Source: an uncultured Croceivirga sp.
GTDB taxonomy: Bacteria > Bacteroidota > Bacteroidia > Flavobacteriales > Flavobacteriaceae
Direction of reading: 5' to 3'
DNA length: 64,000 bases
Assembly: GCA_964601965.1 (NCBI GenBank)
Contig: CAZRPJ010000011.1
Coordinates: 221 to 64,220 of the forward strand
Shown here piece after piece: positions 48,740 to 58,794 of this stretch (positions within the stretch are counted from its first letter, which is position 1; every line of letters starts with the position of its first letter). Position numbers and translations under genes: made by a program. Under the pieces are notes generated by a model. The model did no database searches, had not been told where the DNA came from, and saw only the letters and a list, made by a program, of their open reading frames with translations.

Positions 48740-50211
48740 AATGCTTCTATCCCATAGGCCAATTGCCCTATGCGTAAGTTTTCATTAGGACTGTGTTGGT
48801 TGTTGTCCGGATTCACCATTGGAATTATAAAGGCTGGTACTTTAAGCTCATTAATAAAGGGCGCAATGGGTACTGTTCCTCCCATGATACGTATTTGTAC
48901 CAAGTCTTCACCAAAAGTTTTAGAAAGAACTTGGATAAGATAATTGCCATATGGCGTACCCAAGGATGTTCTAAAGGCATCCGTAACCGCGCCTTCTTTG
49001 ACCATTATAATATGGTCATGGGTGGTTCTTTCCTCTTTGGTAGGTTCTTTGTCTGTAATATAAAAACCTTGTTTTTTAATATGATTCTTCACCAATTGTT
49101 TTAGTCTATTTCCATCGGTTTCCGGAACCAACCTCAGGTCTAATTCTGCGGTAGCGCTTTCAGGCACTATAGTTCGTGCCTGATCACCAATCCATCCAGA
49201 ACCTAATCCGCGAATGTTTAAACTGGGAAATTGAAGCGACTCTTGGTAAAAACTTCCCACTTTTTCTGGAGTTTTAAATTGCAGATTATTAGCAATGGTG
49301 GTTGCATTGTCCGGAACGCTTTTTAGCACTGCTAAGGCTTCTTCTGAAATATTGATCCCGTCATAATACCCAGGTATTAATACGCGTCCCTCTTTGTCTT
49401 TCATCGTAGCCAAAAGCTGTGCTAATTTAAACCCAGGATTAGGTGCATAATTTCCATAATGCCCACTATGCTGCGGTTTAATAGGTCCGTATGTGGTAAG
49501 TGATAGCGTGGTAATTCCACGACATCCATAAATTAAGGTTGGTTTTCCAGATGGATGCATAGGACCATCATGAATTAATAAAAAGTCTGCTTCCAGTAAA
49601 TCACGGTATTGTTTGACCGCTTTTGGCAAGGGTTTGCTGCTTCGTTCTTCTTCCCCATCAATTATTACTTTTAAATTCATGGGAAGAACCACTTCATTCT
49701 TTTTTAGAAGATCTAAGGCATGCAAAAGCATAATTATGGGGCCTTTATCGTCTGATGTAGATCGCCCAAACAAACGCCAGTCGAAATTAATGTCGTCTCC
49801 AAGCGCATCAAAAGAAACGCGTTCGAAACCGCTGTCGGTAGGTTTTTTTAGTACAGTTAGGTAGGGATTAGGCTGGTCCCATTTACTGGGTTCTACAGAT
49901 TGTCCATCTAAATGCATATACAGTAAAACAGTTGGCTTCGCGTCATCCATTGGCAAAGCAGCAAAAAACAAGGGTAAATTTTCTGTTTCCAAAGTAGCCG
50001 TATTAAAGCCCCTTTCTTCAAACTGTTTCTTAATCCAAAAAATATTGTCTTCAATATCATCACGGTTTAGTGCATCGTTAGGGATGGCAACAAATTCGCG
50101 TAAGTCATTAATAGCCTCTGCTACTTGAGATTTTATAATCACAGAATCTAATTCTTGTGCTTGTAAACCACTAAAAAACAAAAGGACTGTACTTAAAAAA
50201 ATGCGTTTCAT
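48709..50211 (-). CDS. Secreted M20/M25/M40 family metallo-hydrolase
   Basis: Signal peptide, HLD, GRSTSDDKG, GEEE, HSPNE. Confidence 0.88.
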   Translation of the reverse strand: MKRIFLSTVLLFFSGLQAQELDSVIIKSQVAEAINDLREFVAIPNDALNRDDIEDNIFWIKKQFEERGFNTATLETENLPLFFAALPMDDAKPTVLLYMHLDGQSVEPSKWDQPNPYLTVLKKPTDSGFERVSFDALGDDINFDWRLFGRSTSDDKGPIIMLLHALDLLKKNEVVLPMNLKVIIDGEEERSSKPLPKAVKQYRDLLEADFLLIHDGPMHPSGKPTLIYGCRGITTLSLTTYGPIKPQHSGHYGNYAPNPGFKLAQLLATMKDKEGRVLIPGYYDGINISEEALAVLKSVPDNATTIANNLQFKTPEKVGSFYQESLQFPSLNIRGLGSGWIGDQARTIVPESATAELDLRLVPETDGNRLKQLVKNHIKKQGFYITDKEPTKEERTTHDHIIMVKEGAVTDAFRTSLGTPYGNYLIQVLSKTFGEDLVQIRIMGGTVPIAPFINELKVPAFIIPMVNPDNNQHSPNENLRIGQLAYGIEAFYGILSAAPE

Positions 50212-50276
50212 CTAAAATTCTATCAAAAAAGTAAGAAAATACATCGTAGTTCGTTTGTACTCCAGAAATCATCGTT

Positions 50277-51590
50277 TTGCATACATCTCCAGAATCGTCC
50301 GTTAAAGATAAACAAGTGCTTGTAGCAATTACTCGCTCCAGCATAATTTTTCATGTTCTTATCCTGTTAATTTTAGCAGGTTTGGCCACCAATTTTTTCA
50401 CAGAATACCAGCTTGGAGGATTTACAAAGTACGCGGTAAAACATTTAGTGGTTTTTGGAACTATCTTAGTTTCGTCCGTGCTATGGAAATTGAAAACGAT
50501 GTCTACCAGTTGGTTGTTCATTATCATGGTTTACATTAACATCTTGTCTTCTACGGTGTACTTACCTTTTCGATTGGATGATCCTAACTTAAATTTTGAA
50601 GCTTATTTTTCTAGAGTAGAAATGATCATTTTTGTGATGGGATTACTACTCGCTGTTTTTGAGAAACCTTGGCACCAATTTATAGTTATTGGGTACAACA
50701 CCCTTTTTATAATAGCCTGTGCCATGCTCTATCCGGAGCTTTCCTTAGGAAAATACGTCCTAGCTTTTATTCTTATTTCTTCCGTAGGTGCTATTAGTTT
50801 TTTTGTTTTTGATAAAGTAATACGCCTGCAAAATGAACTGCAACGCCAAAACGATATTGTACGCATACAGAATGAAGAATTACTGGAGCTTACGGCATTT
50901 AGGCAGGATATTATGAAGATTATCGCCCATGACCTAAAGACACCTATTCATCAGATTTCAATGCTAACGACCATCACTAAAAACTCGAACTCTGAAAAGG
51001 ATAGAAACAACTATTTAGAGCTATTGCAGCAATCTATTGATAAGACGTATGGGATGTTAGATAATTTATTGAATTGGTCCATGCAGAATGATGATACCCT
51101 AAAATCCTATATGGACATAAACATACATGAACTTATAGAAGAAATACGAGGGCAGTATGACCAAAATTTAGAGGGAAAAGGTTTAAAATTAATTAATGAA
51201 GTAGCAACAGATTTTAACTTATTCTACTCTAAAGAAGTGTTCCAGACAGTCATAAGGAACCTCATTACAAATGCGGTTAAATTTTCACCAAAACAAGAGA
51301 AAATAGTGATTGATAATAAGGACGAAGCAGAACATTTTAGCTTACGTGTTCACAATATGGTGAAAGAAGTGGATGAGGCCAAGTTGGCTAAAATAAATAC
51401 GGGACAGATTGTAACCAGTTCCTTGGGAACAGAAAAAGAAAAGGGTACTGGAAAAGGGTTGTTTATTTGTAAACGTATGCTTAAAAACAACAATGCTACC
51501 CTAACACTTTCCAAACAAAATGGAGGAGTCCTGGCCGAGATTAAGATTTTTAAATCTATTCCGATGCGTCCGGTACTGAACGCCTCTTAA
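50277..51590 (+). CDS. Orphan membrane-bound sensor histidine kinase
   Basis: About six TM segments, AHDLKTP, RNLITNAVKF, GTGKGL. Start codon uncertain (TTG). Confidence 0.85.
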   Translation: MHTSPESSVKDKQVLVAITRSSIIFHVLILLILAGLATNFFTEYQLGGFTKYAVKHLVVFGTILVSSVLWKLKTMSTSWLFIIMVYINILSSTVYLPFRLDDPNLNFEAYFSRVEMIIFVMGLLLAVFEKPWHQFIVIGYNTLFIIACAMLYPELSLGKYVLAFILISSVGAISFFVFDKVIRLQNELQRQNDIVRIQNEELLELTAFRQDIMKIIAHDLKTPIHQISMLTTITKNSNSEKDRNNYLELLQQSIDKTYGMLDNLLNWSMQNDDTLKSYMDINIHELIEEIRGQYDQNLEGKGLKLINEVATDFNLFYSKEVFQTVIRNLITNAVKFSPKQEKIVIDNKDEAEHFSLRVHNMVKEVDEAKLAKINTGQIVTSSLGTEKEKGTGKGLFICKRMLKNNNATLTLSKQNGGVLAEIKIFKSIPMRPVLNAS

Positions 51591-52351
51591 CTTCTTATTT
51601 TACCTATAAATTCGCCGATAGAAGCAACTCCCTTTGCAGTCAATTGTTTTATAAAGGCAGAACCAATGATGGCTCCTTTGGTGTTTTTGGTTGCTGCTTG
51701 AAAAGTGGCAGCATTGCTAATACCGAAACCAACAATCTGCGGGTTCTTTAAATTTAAGGCTGCAATTCTATTAAAATAATCTTGTTGCTCTTGGCCAAAC
51801 CCTTCTTTTGCGCCCGTTGTACTGGCAGAACTAACCATGTAGATAAAACTGTCTGTGGCTTGGTCTATGGCTTTAATTCTTTGATCGCTAGTTTGTGGTG
51901 TAATTAAGAAAATGTTGCTGAGGCCATATTTTTTATAAATAGCCTCATATTCTTCTTTGTAAACATCTAAAGGGAGATCGGGCATAATAATACCATCAAT
52001 ACCAATTTCAGCACATTTAGCGCAAAAGGCTTCCACACCATACTGCAACATGGGATTAAAGTATCCCATTAGAATTAAGGGAATAGATACCGTTTTACGA
52101 ATATCCTTTAATTGTTCAAACAGCAGTTCTGTATGCATACCATTTCTAAGTGCGGCAGTAGAACTTTCTTGGATGGTTGGGCCATCTGCCAAAGGATCAC
52201 TAAACGGCAAACCTATCTCAATCATATCTACCCCAGCTGCTTCCAGTCCTTCAATAACCGGAACGGTATCTGTTAACTCAGGATACCCTGCCGTAAAATA
52301 AATAGAAAGCAATTTTTTGTCTTCTTTGAGCTTTGTTTGTATTCTATTCAT
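51587..52351 (-). CDS. trpA: Tryptophan synthase alpha chain
   Basis: IEIGLPFSDPLADGPTIQ, VGFGI. Confidence 0.97.
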   Translation of the reverse strand: MNRIQTKLKEDKKLLSIYFTAGYPELTDTVPVIEGLEAAGVDMIEIGLPFSDPLADGPTIQESSTAALRNGMHTELLFEQLKDIRKTVSIPLILMGYFNPMLQYGVEAFCAKCAEIGIDGIIMPDLPLDVYKEEYEAIYKKYGLSNIFLITPQTSDQRIKAIDQATDSFIYMVSSASTTGAKEGFGQEQQDYFNRIAALNLKNPQIVGFGISNAATFQAATKNTKGAIIGSAFIKQLTAKGVASIGEFIGKIRS

Positions 52352-52384
52352 GAATGTATTCTTTAAACGCTCGAATTTTAGTAA

Positions 52385-53566
52385 TTATAGTTTGAAATAA
52401 TCGATATAGGTCTGCAGATCCTTATCACCTCTGCCCGATAAGTTAAAGACCACCACGTCGTCTTTTTTAAAGGGGTGATAATCAAAAATCGCAAAAGCAT
52501 GACTGGTCTCTATTGCTGGGATAATCCCTTCTAATTGCGACAACTCCAAGCCAGCGGTCATGGCCTCATCGTCTGTAATAGAGATAAATTTGCCACGGCC
52601 ACTTTTAAAAAGATGTGCGTGCATGGGACCCACTCCTGGATAGTCTAATCCAGCCGAAATAGAATAGGGTTCCGTTATTTGGCCATCGTTTGTTTGCATA
52701 AGAAGTGTTTTGCTGCCATGGATAATACCAACTTTGCCTAGTGCGGAGGTAGCTGCGCTTTCTCCAGAATGTACACCCTTTCCAGCAGCTTCTACAGCAA
52801 TGATTCCTACATCTTCGTTATCTAAGTAATGGTAATAGGCTCCAGCCGCATTGCTCCCGCCTCCTACGCACGCCACCACATAGTCTGGGTTCTCTTTCCC
52901 TTCTTTCTCTTTCAACTGCCATTTAATTTCTTCTGAAATTACCGATTGAAATCTTGCAACCATATCCGGGTAAGGATGCGGACCCACCACGGAACCTATG
53001 ATATAATGTGTATCTACTGGATTGTTTATCCAATCACGAATGGCTTCATTGGTAGCATCTTTAAGCGTTCTACTTCCGGATTTTGCAGCTCTTACTTCTG
53101 CACCTAGCATTTTCATACGAGCTACATTGGGCGCTTGTCTAGCAATATCTATTTCTCCCATATAAACCACACATTCAATACCCATGAGCGCGCAGACTGT
53201 TGCAGTGGCAACCCCGTGCTGTCCTGCACCTGTCTCTGCAATGATGCGATTTTTACCTAGGCTTTTGGCCATAAGAATCTGGCCAATTGTATTATTTACT
53301 TTGTGGGCCCCTGTATGGCATAGATCTTCCCGTTTTAGGTAGATTTTAGTCTGATGTTTTTCAGACAGACGTTCTGCAAAGTAAAGTGGGGTAGGTCTCC
53401 CAACATAATCTTTTAATAACTGACGAAATTCTTTCTGGAATTCCGCTGTTTCCATGATGCGTACATAATTTTCACGAAGTTCTTCGCAATTAGGATACAG
53501 CATCTCGGGAATAAATGCTCCCCCAAATTCTCCGTAATATCCTCTCTCATTGGCGTGATAACTCAT
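52385..53566 (-). CDS. trpB: Tryptophan synthase beta chain
   Basis: [35 protein letters not shown]. Confidence 0.97.
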   Translation of the reverse strand: MSYHANERGYYGEFGGAFIPEMLYPNCEELRENYVRIMETAEFQKEFRQLLKDYVGRPTPLYFAERLSEKHQTKIYLKREDLCHTGAHKVNNTIGQILMAKSLGKNRIIAETGAGQHGVATATVCALMGIECVVYMGEIDIARQAPNVARMKMLGAEVRAAKSGSRTLKDATNEAIRDWINNPVDTHYIIGSVVGPHPYPDMVARFQSVISEEIKWQLKEKEGKENPDYVVACVGGGSNAAGAYYHYLDNEDVGIIAVEAAGKGVHSGESAATSALGKVGIIHGSKTLLMQTNDGQITEPYSISAGLDYPGVGPMHAHLFKSGRGKFISITDDEAMTAGLELSQLEGIIPAIETSHAFAIFDYHPFKKDDVVVFNLSGRGDKDLQTYIDYFKL

Positions 53567-54176
53567 CTTGCAATCTTTTTTTAAATTCTTGTAATTTTTC
53601 TATATCCTTTTTCCCGGGACTAACTTCAAACCTACTATTGACATCAATGGCGTGGCAGTATTTTGATTCTGGGCGGTATAAAAAGGTTAATATTTCGTCT
53701 ATATTTTCCAGTCCAATACCACCACTTAAAAAGAAAGGTTTGGTAGAGGGGTAGTGCTCTAAAACTTCCCAATCAAATACATAACCGTTGCCGCCTGGGA
53801 GTTTTCCTTTCGTATCAAAAAGGTAAAAGTCGCACACTTTTTCATAAGGTTCAAGAATAGAAAAGTCAAAGGAGTCGTCCACTCCAAATACTTTAATGAC
53901 TTTAATTCCTAAGTCTTGTAGCTTTTTGCAGAGTTCAGGAGATTCGCTCCCGTGAAGTTGTACAAATTGCAGGCCATATGAAGCTACTTTTTGCAGGATT
54001 TCTTCAATTGTAGCATTTACAAAAACCCCCACCTTCTTTATTTTGAGTGATATGGAAGGAATAACGGTATCAAGGTATCGCGGTGATTTTTTCCAGAAAA
54101 TAAAACCCATGTAGTCTGGTTGTAGGGCCTCCACCTCTACTGGATTGTATTTCATACCACAGACCTTCAGTTTCAT
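53547..54176 (-). CDS. trpF: Phosphoribosylanthranilate isomerase
   Basis: KVCGM, VQLHGSE, LFDT..GG.G..FDW, LSGG, DVNSRFE. Confidence 0.95.
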   Translation of the reverse strand: MKLKVCGMKYNPVEVEALQPDYMGFIFWKKSPRYLDTVIPSISLKIKKVGVFVNATIEEILQKVASYGLQFVQLHGSESPELCKKLQDLGIKVIKVFGVDDSFDFSILEPYEKVCDFYLFDTKGKLPGGNGYVFDWEVLEHYPSTKPFFLSGGIGLENIDEILTFLYRPESKYCHAIDVNSRFEVSPGKKDIEKLQEFKKRLQDELSRQ

Positions 54177-54958
54177 TTTATCACCTCTTTTATAAAGTTC
54201 ATAGCACTTATACCGGGATTTTCCGTTTTCATAAAATTCTCACCTATTAAGAACCCTTGGTACCCAAATGGTTTTAGTTCTTTAATAGCGGCAACCGAAC
54301 TAATGCCGCTTTCCGAGACTTTTACAAAGTCATCTGGGATTTTATTGGCGAGCGACTTGCTGGTTTCAAGACTGACTTCAAAGGTCTTAAGATCCCTATT
54401 ATTTACACCCAAGAGGTTTAAACTTGGCATCATAGATTTTTCTAGCTCCTCTTGATTATGAACTTCAAGAAGTACTTCCATACCTAGGCGCTGCGTAAAT
54501 TCGGATAACTGTTTTATTTGGGATCTATCAAGAACTGCGGCAATGAGCAATATAACGTCTGCTCCATGTGCTTTTGCTTCTAAAATTTGATATTCGTCAA
54601 CTATAAATTCTTTACGCAGTAACGGAAGCTTAGAAACTGCTCTTGCTAACAGCAAGTCTTCTAAAGAGCCTCCAAAATATTTAAGATCCGTTAATACACT
54701 CATTCCGCATGCTCCAGCCTGTTCATAGCCTTTTGCAACTTGGGCAACATTGGTGTTCTGATTAATGGTTTGTTTGGAAGGAGATCTTCTTTTATGTTCT
54801 GCTATGATGCCAGAATCACTAGCCCGAAGTCTTTTAGAAATGGAATGACATTCTCGTGTGAATAGGACAGATTTTTCCCATTGGTTAGCCGGAATCAGTG
54901 ACGATTTTAAAGCGACCTCTTTTCTTTTATCTGCGATGATTTTGTCTAGAATATTCAT
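54173..54958 (-). CDS. trpC: Indole-3-glycerol phosphate synthase
   Basis: IAEHKRRSPS, LRKEF, GVNNRDL, SESGI. Likely start MNILDK at 54958. Confidence 0.96.
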   Translation of the reverse strand: MNILDKIIADKRKEVALKSSLIPANQWEKSVLFTRECHSISKRLRASDSGIIAEHKRRSPSKQTINQNTNVAQVAKGYEQAGACGMSVLTDLKYFGGSLEDLLLARAVSKLPLLRKEFIVDEYQILEAKAHGADVILLIAAVLDRSQIKQLSEFTQRLGMEVLLEVHNQEELEKSMMPSLNLLGVNNRDLKTFEVSLETSKSLANKIPDDFVKVSESGISSVAAIKELKPFGYQGFLIGENFMKTENPGISAMNFIKEVIK

Positions 54959-54975
54959 TGCCTTACCAGAGCGTT

Positions 54976-55971
54976 TTAATTGTTGCTTAATGCCTGTAAT
55001 TTTTTTAAGGCTTCCCAACCTTTAAGGGTATGTAAAGATTCTTGTGCTTTTTCAAATCCTTCTTTTGGACTAATACCTTCGGCTGTAGCAATAGCGACAC
55101 CGGCATTGGCACATACCACGTCTTGCTGTGCCTGCGTTCCTTTGCCTTGTAAAATGTCTACAAATAATTTGGCAGAACCTGCAACGTCATCTCCTCCAAC
55201 AATAGCGGAAGCGTTTATTTTCCTAACCCCAAAATCTGAAGGTTGAATGATTCCTTCAGAACCATTGGAAATAGTTTTCGTGGCACCCGTTAAACTTATT
55301 TCATCGTATCCATCCAACGCATGCAAAATTGTAAAGTTCTTATCGGTATTCTGATAAAGATAGCCATACATCCTTGCCAGTTCTAGATTAAATACCCCAA
55401 CCATTTGATTTTTTGGAAAGGCCGGATTCACCATAGGGCCAAGCATATTAAAGAATGTTTTAACCGCTAATTCTCTACGAATAGGGGCTACGTTTTTCAT
55501 GGCTGGGTGAAACAAAGGGGCATGCAGCACACAAATACCGGCTTCTTCAATAGATTTTTTTAGAAAGTCTGCTTCGTTGCTAAATTTTATGCCCAAAAAC
55601 TCCATGACATTGCTACTACCACATTTAGAAGAAACGCCATAATTGCCATGTTTGGTTACTTTAATTCCGGCACCCGCCGTAACAAAAGAGGCTAGGGTAG
55701 AAATATTAAAAGTGTCTTTACCATCTCCGCCGGTACCGCATAAATCAATGGGGTTGTAGTCGCTTAGGTCTACTGCAAGACAGAGTTCTAAAAGGGCATC
55801 TCTAAACCCTTCTAATTCTTCTATGGTAATGCTACGCATCATGTAAACCGTTAAAAAGGCAGCTATTTGGCTCGTATTGTATTCGCCCTTCGCAATATTT
55901 ACCAATATTTGCTTGGCATCATCCTTTTCTAGGATCTCGTGATTAATTAATTTATTTAAAGTCGCTTTCAT
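54976..55971 (-). CDS. trpD: Anthranilate phosphoribosyltransferase
   Basis: DLCGTGGDG, NISTL, KHGN, DEIS. Confidence 0.96.
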   Translation of the reverse strand: MKATLNKLINHEILEKDDAKQILVNIAKGEYNTSQIAAFLTVYMMRSITIEELEGFRDALLELCLAVDLSDYNPIDLCGTGGDGKDTFNISTLASFVTAGAGIKVTKHGNYGVSSKCGSSNVMEFLGIKFSNEADFLKKSIEEAGICVLHAPLFHPAMKNVAPIRRELAVKTFFNMLGPMVNPAFPKNQMVGVFNLELARMYGYLYQNTDKNFTILHALDGYDEISLTGATKTISNGSEGIIQPSDFGVRKINASAIVGGDDVAGSAKLFVDILQGKGTQAQQDVVCANAGVAIATAEGISPKEGFEKAQESLHTLKGWEALKKLQALSNN

Positions 55972-56534
55972 TGATCCAGCCAGTTTTTTAATAATTGTTT
56001 GCCATAGGGGGTTAGCACCGATTCGGGATGGTATTGCACCGCTCTCACATCGTATTCTTTGTGTTTTAAAGACATAATTTGTCCGTTTTCATCTACCGAT
56101 GTGGCAATCAAAGTATCTGGTAGCTTTTGGTCTACCACCCAGGAATGATATCTGCCTACTTCTATGTTTTTGGGCATTCCCTCGTAGATGTAATCGTCTT
56201 CAATTATGGTAATGGAAGTAGCAACGCCGTGGTAAACTTGATCCAAATTCACCAATGTACCGCCAAATACTTCACCAATAGCTTGTTGTCCAAGGCATAC
56301 ACCAAAAATTCTTTTGGTGGGCGCATAGGTTTTTATAATGGGTTTTAAGAGACCGGCTTCATCCGGAATTCCGGGTCCAGGAGACAATACAATTTCATTA
56401 AATTCATCTACTTCTTCCAGCGATAATTGATCATTTCGTTTTACCGTAACCTCGCAATTTAGATCCTCTAAATAGTGCACCAGATTGTAGGTGAAGCTAT
56501 CGTAATTATCCAACATTAAAATCTTTCGTTTCAT
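55968..56534 (-). CDS. trpG: Anthranilate synthase component II (glutamine amidotransferase)
   Basis: DNYDSFTYN, SPGPG, GVCLGQQ, QYHPES. Confidence 0.95.
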   Translation of the reverse strand: MKRKILMLDNYDSFTYNLVHYLEDLNCEVTVKRNDQLSLEEVDEFNEIVLSPGPGIPDEAGLLKPIIKTYAPTKRIFGVCLGQQAIGEVFGGTLVNLDQVYHGVATSITIIEDDYIYEGMPKNIEVGRYHSWVVDQKLPDTLIATSVDENGQIMSLKHKEYDVRAVQYHPESVLTPYGKQLLKNWLDQ

Positions 56535-57932
56535 CTAAATCTTTTCTGCGATTTCTAATGCCTTATTTAAAGCACCCAGTTTATTGTAGGTTTCTTGTAA
56601 TTCATCATCAGCATCGGAGGCTGCCACTAATCCTGCTCCCGCCTGAAAATGTAGCTCATGGTTTTTACTTAAAAAGGTTCTAATCATAATCGCATGGTTA
56701 AAATTTCCATGGAAATCCATAAAACCAATAGCACCACCATAATAGGCTCTGCTTGTTTTTTCGTAGCGTTCAATAAGTTGCATTGCCTTGTGTTTAGGTG
56801 CACCACTCAAAGTACCTGCAGGAAAAGTATCTGCAACAATTTTTAGCGTAGAAATAGCGGGTTTTTTGTGTCCTGTGACCTTCGATACCAAATGAATCAC
56901 GTGCGAGAAATATTGTACTTCTCTATAGGTTTCTACATTAACGAGGTTTCCATTTCTACTTAAGTCATTTCTAGCCAGATCTACAAGCATTACATGCTCG
57001 CTATTCTCTTTTTCATCCGAGGCTAACTTTTTTGCGAGTTCCGCATCTTTTTCATCATTGCCGGTTCTTTTGTAGGTGCCTGCTATGGGATGAATTTCTG
57101 CCTTTCCATCTTTTACAATGAGCTGCGCTTCTGGCGAACTTCCAAAGATTTTAAAATCACCGTAATCAAAATAAAACAAATAGGGTGATGGGTTTATAGA
57201 ACGGAGCGCACGGTATACGTTAAACTCGTCTCCTTTAAAACCTTGGGAAAACCTTCGTGATAATACCAATTGAAACACATCGCCACGCTGGCAGTGCTTT
57301 TTGGCCAATTCTACATGCTCTTTGTATTCTTCATCCTCTAAATTGGAACTGGCCTCACCGCTCTTAGAAAAGTTATACGTTGCAAAACTGCGTACTCGCA
57401 AAAGCTGCTCTATTTCTGCTATATTGGCGTCCCGTTCATAACAATGTGCAAAAATGTAGGCCTCATTTTTAAAATGATTAATTGCTATGATGTTTTGGTA
57501 GACCGCATAAAATATGTCGGGAATGGCAATGGAGTTGGGTTTTTTTGAAAGCGCTACAGTTTCAAAATAACGCACCGCGTCGTAAGCGAGGTAACCAAAT
57601 AACCCGTTCGTTATAAATTTAAAATCGTTGTTTTCTACTTTAAATTTCTTCGCAAAGGCATCCAAAAGATCTGTAACTACTACTTCTTTTGTAATGTTTG
57701 TTTCAACAGAAGTTCCATCTGGAAAGGTTTCCAATGCCACTTCATTTTCAATTTTTATTGATGCAATAGGATTGCAACAGATGTACGAGAAGCTGTTATC
57801 ATTGGCATGATAATCACTACTCTCTAAGAGAATACTGTTGGGATACTTGTCTCTAATTTTTAGGTAGACACTAACAGGGGTAATGGTATCTGCTAGAATC
57901 TGTTTGTAATGTGTTTTTAAATTGAATTGCAT
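56535..57932 (-). CDS. trpE: Anthranilate synthase component I
   Basis: LLES, NPSPY, PIAGT, EHVMLVDLARND, TLSGAPK. Likely start MQFNL at 57932 (alternative 57947). Confidence 0.95.
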   Translation of the reverse strand: MQFNLKTHYKQILADTITPVSVYLKIRDKYPNSILLESSDYHANDNSFSYICCNPIASIKIENEVALETFPDGTSVETNITKEVVVTDLLDAFAKKFKVENNDFKFITNGLFGYLAYDAVRYFETVALSKKPNSIAIPDIFYAVYQNIIAINHFKNEAYIFAHCYERDANIAEIEQLLRVRSFATYNFSKSGEASSNLEDEEYKEHVELAKKHCQRGDVFQLVLSRRFSQGFKGDEFNVYRALRSINPSPYLFYFDYGDFKIFGSSPEAQLIVKDGKAEIHPIAGTYKRTGNDEKDAELAKKLASDEKENSEHVMLVDLARNDLSRNGNLVNVETYREVQYFSHVIHLVSKVTGHKKPAISTLKIVADTFPAGTLSGAPKHKAMQLIERYEKTSRAYYGGAIGFMDFHGNFNHAIMIRTFLSKNHELHFQAGAGLVAASDADDELQETYNKLGALNKALEIAEKI

Positions 57933-57945
57933 CTTAAATTGATTC

Positions 57946-57978
57946 AAAAAATTAAGGCTTGTCGTGATGACAAGCCTT
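57946..57978 (-). terminator. trp attenuator terminator hairpin
   Basis: On the - strand: AAGGCTTGTC-ATCAC-GACAAGCCTT-AA-TTTTTT. Perfect 10-bp stem with a U6 tract, upstream of trpE. Confidence 0.9.
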
Positions 57979-58040
57979 TATATAAAATTTGGGATAGAAG
58001 GACTAGCTCACGATATCGTAAGTATGCTTTTCCACCACCA
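57946..58040 (-). promoter_or_regulatory. Ribosome-dependent transcription attenuator of the trp operon
   Basis: Trp3 leader codons, mutually exclusive 1:2 and 2:3 pairings found by hand, and the 3:4 terminator. Confidence 0.85.
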
Positions 58041-58061
58041 AGTTGTATTTGTGTTTTTCAT
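58008..58061 (-). CDS. trpL: trp operon leader peptide MKNTNTTWWWKSILTIS
   Basis: ATG 58061, TGG TGG TGG at 58040-58032, TGA at 58010-58008; 29 nt before the terminator stem. Confidence 0.9.
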   Translation of the reverse strand: MKNTNTTWWWKSILTIS

Positions 58062-58066
58062 TTGCT

Positions 58067-58097
58067 CAAATATAGTGATGTAATTAATCATTACAAA
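58067..58097 (-). promoter_or_regulatory. trp promoter: TTTG (-33), 19-nt spacer, TATATTTG (-7)
   Basis: Exact match to the Bacteroidota housekeeping consensus and spacing. Confidence 0.8.
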
Positions 58098-58105
58098 CAA
58101 AAATT

Positions 58106-58138
58106 AAAAAATCCCGCTGGTAGGGTACCAACGGGATT
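58106..58138 (-). terminator. Intrinsic terminator of the marR-nitroreductase-yceI unit
   Basis: AATCCCGTTGGTA-CCC-TACCAGCGGGATT followed by a T tract on the - strand. Confidence 0.85.
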
Positions 58139-58178
58139 GTACACTTAAACTAATTTTCTTTTTCTAAGCTCGGTTCAA

Positions 58179-58754
58179 TTAGAATTCTAAGTCAACCACT
58201 AGGTCAAACTCATCATAAATAGTTTTATCTCCTAAGTTGTCAAAAAAGCTTCCAGATCCATAACGTACATCATAAGCAGCTCTATCTACTTTTAACGTAG
58301 CTGTTGCTTTGCTTCCGTAAATAGATACATCAAAAGTTACCGGTTTAGTAATTCCTTTGATAGTTAAATCTCCAGTTACTTTGTATGAATTCTTACCAGA
58401 GGCTTCCACCTTAGTGAACTTCATTGTAGAAGTAGTATGGGTGTCTACACCAAAGAAATCGGCAGACTTTAAATGTCCGTCTAATTTGTTTTTGTAATCG
58501 CCTTCTAGATCGGTGGTATTAATAGAGGTCATGTCTACTGTAAACTCGCCTCCTGTAAGTGTATCACCATCAAAGTCTAAGGCACCAGATTGTAAAGTCA
58601 CAGTCCCAGTATGAGAACCTGTTACTTTATAAGCCTTCCATGTTACTGTACTTTTTTCGGCGTTTACTTCTTTTCTGTCGTCCTCAGTTAAATTAGCAGT
58701 GGCTGTGAATCCAAAAACTAAGGTTAATGCAATGCTTAAAATGCTCTTTTTCAT
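58179..58754 (-). CDS. YceI family polyprenyl/lipid-binding protein
   Basis: Signal peptide, SVTW-like STVTW..HTG, LDGHLKSADFF, GDLTIKGITKPV. Confidence 0.92.
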   Translation of the reverse strand: MKKSILSIALTLVFGFTATANLTEDDRKEVNAEKSTVTWKAYKVTGSHTGTVTLQSGALDFDGDTLTGGEFTVDMTSINTTDLEGDYKNKLDGHLKSADFFGVDTHTTSTMKFTKVEASGKNSYKVTGDLTIKGITKPVTFDVSIYGSKATATLKVDRAAYDVRYGSGSFFDNLGDKTIYDEFDLVVDLEF

Positions 58755-58794
58755 GATTTAATAATTTGTAAATGTTTAAAAATGATTTTATGAT

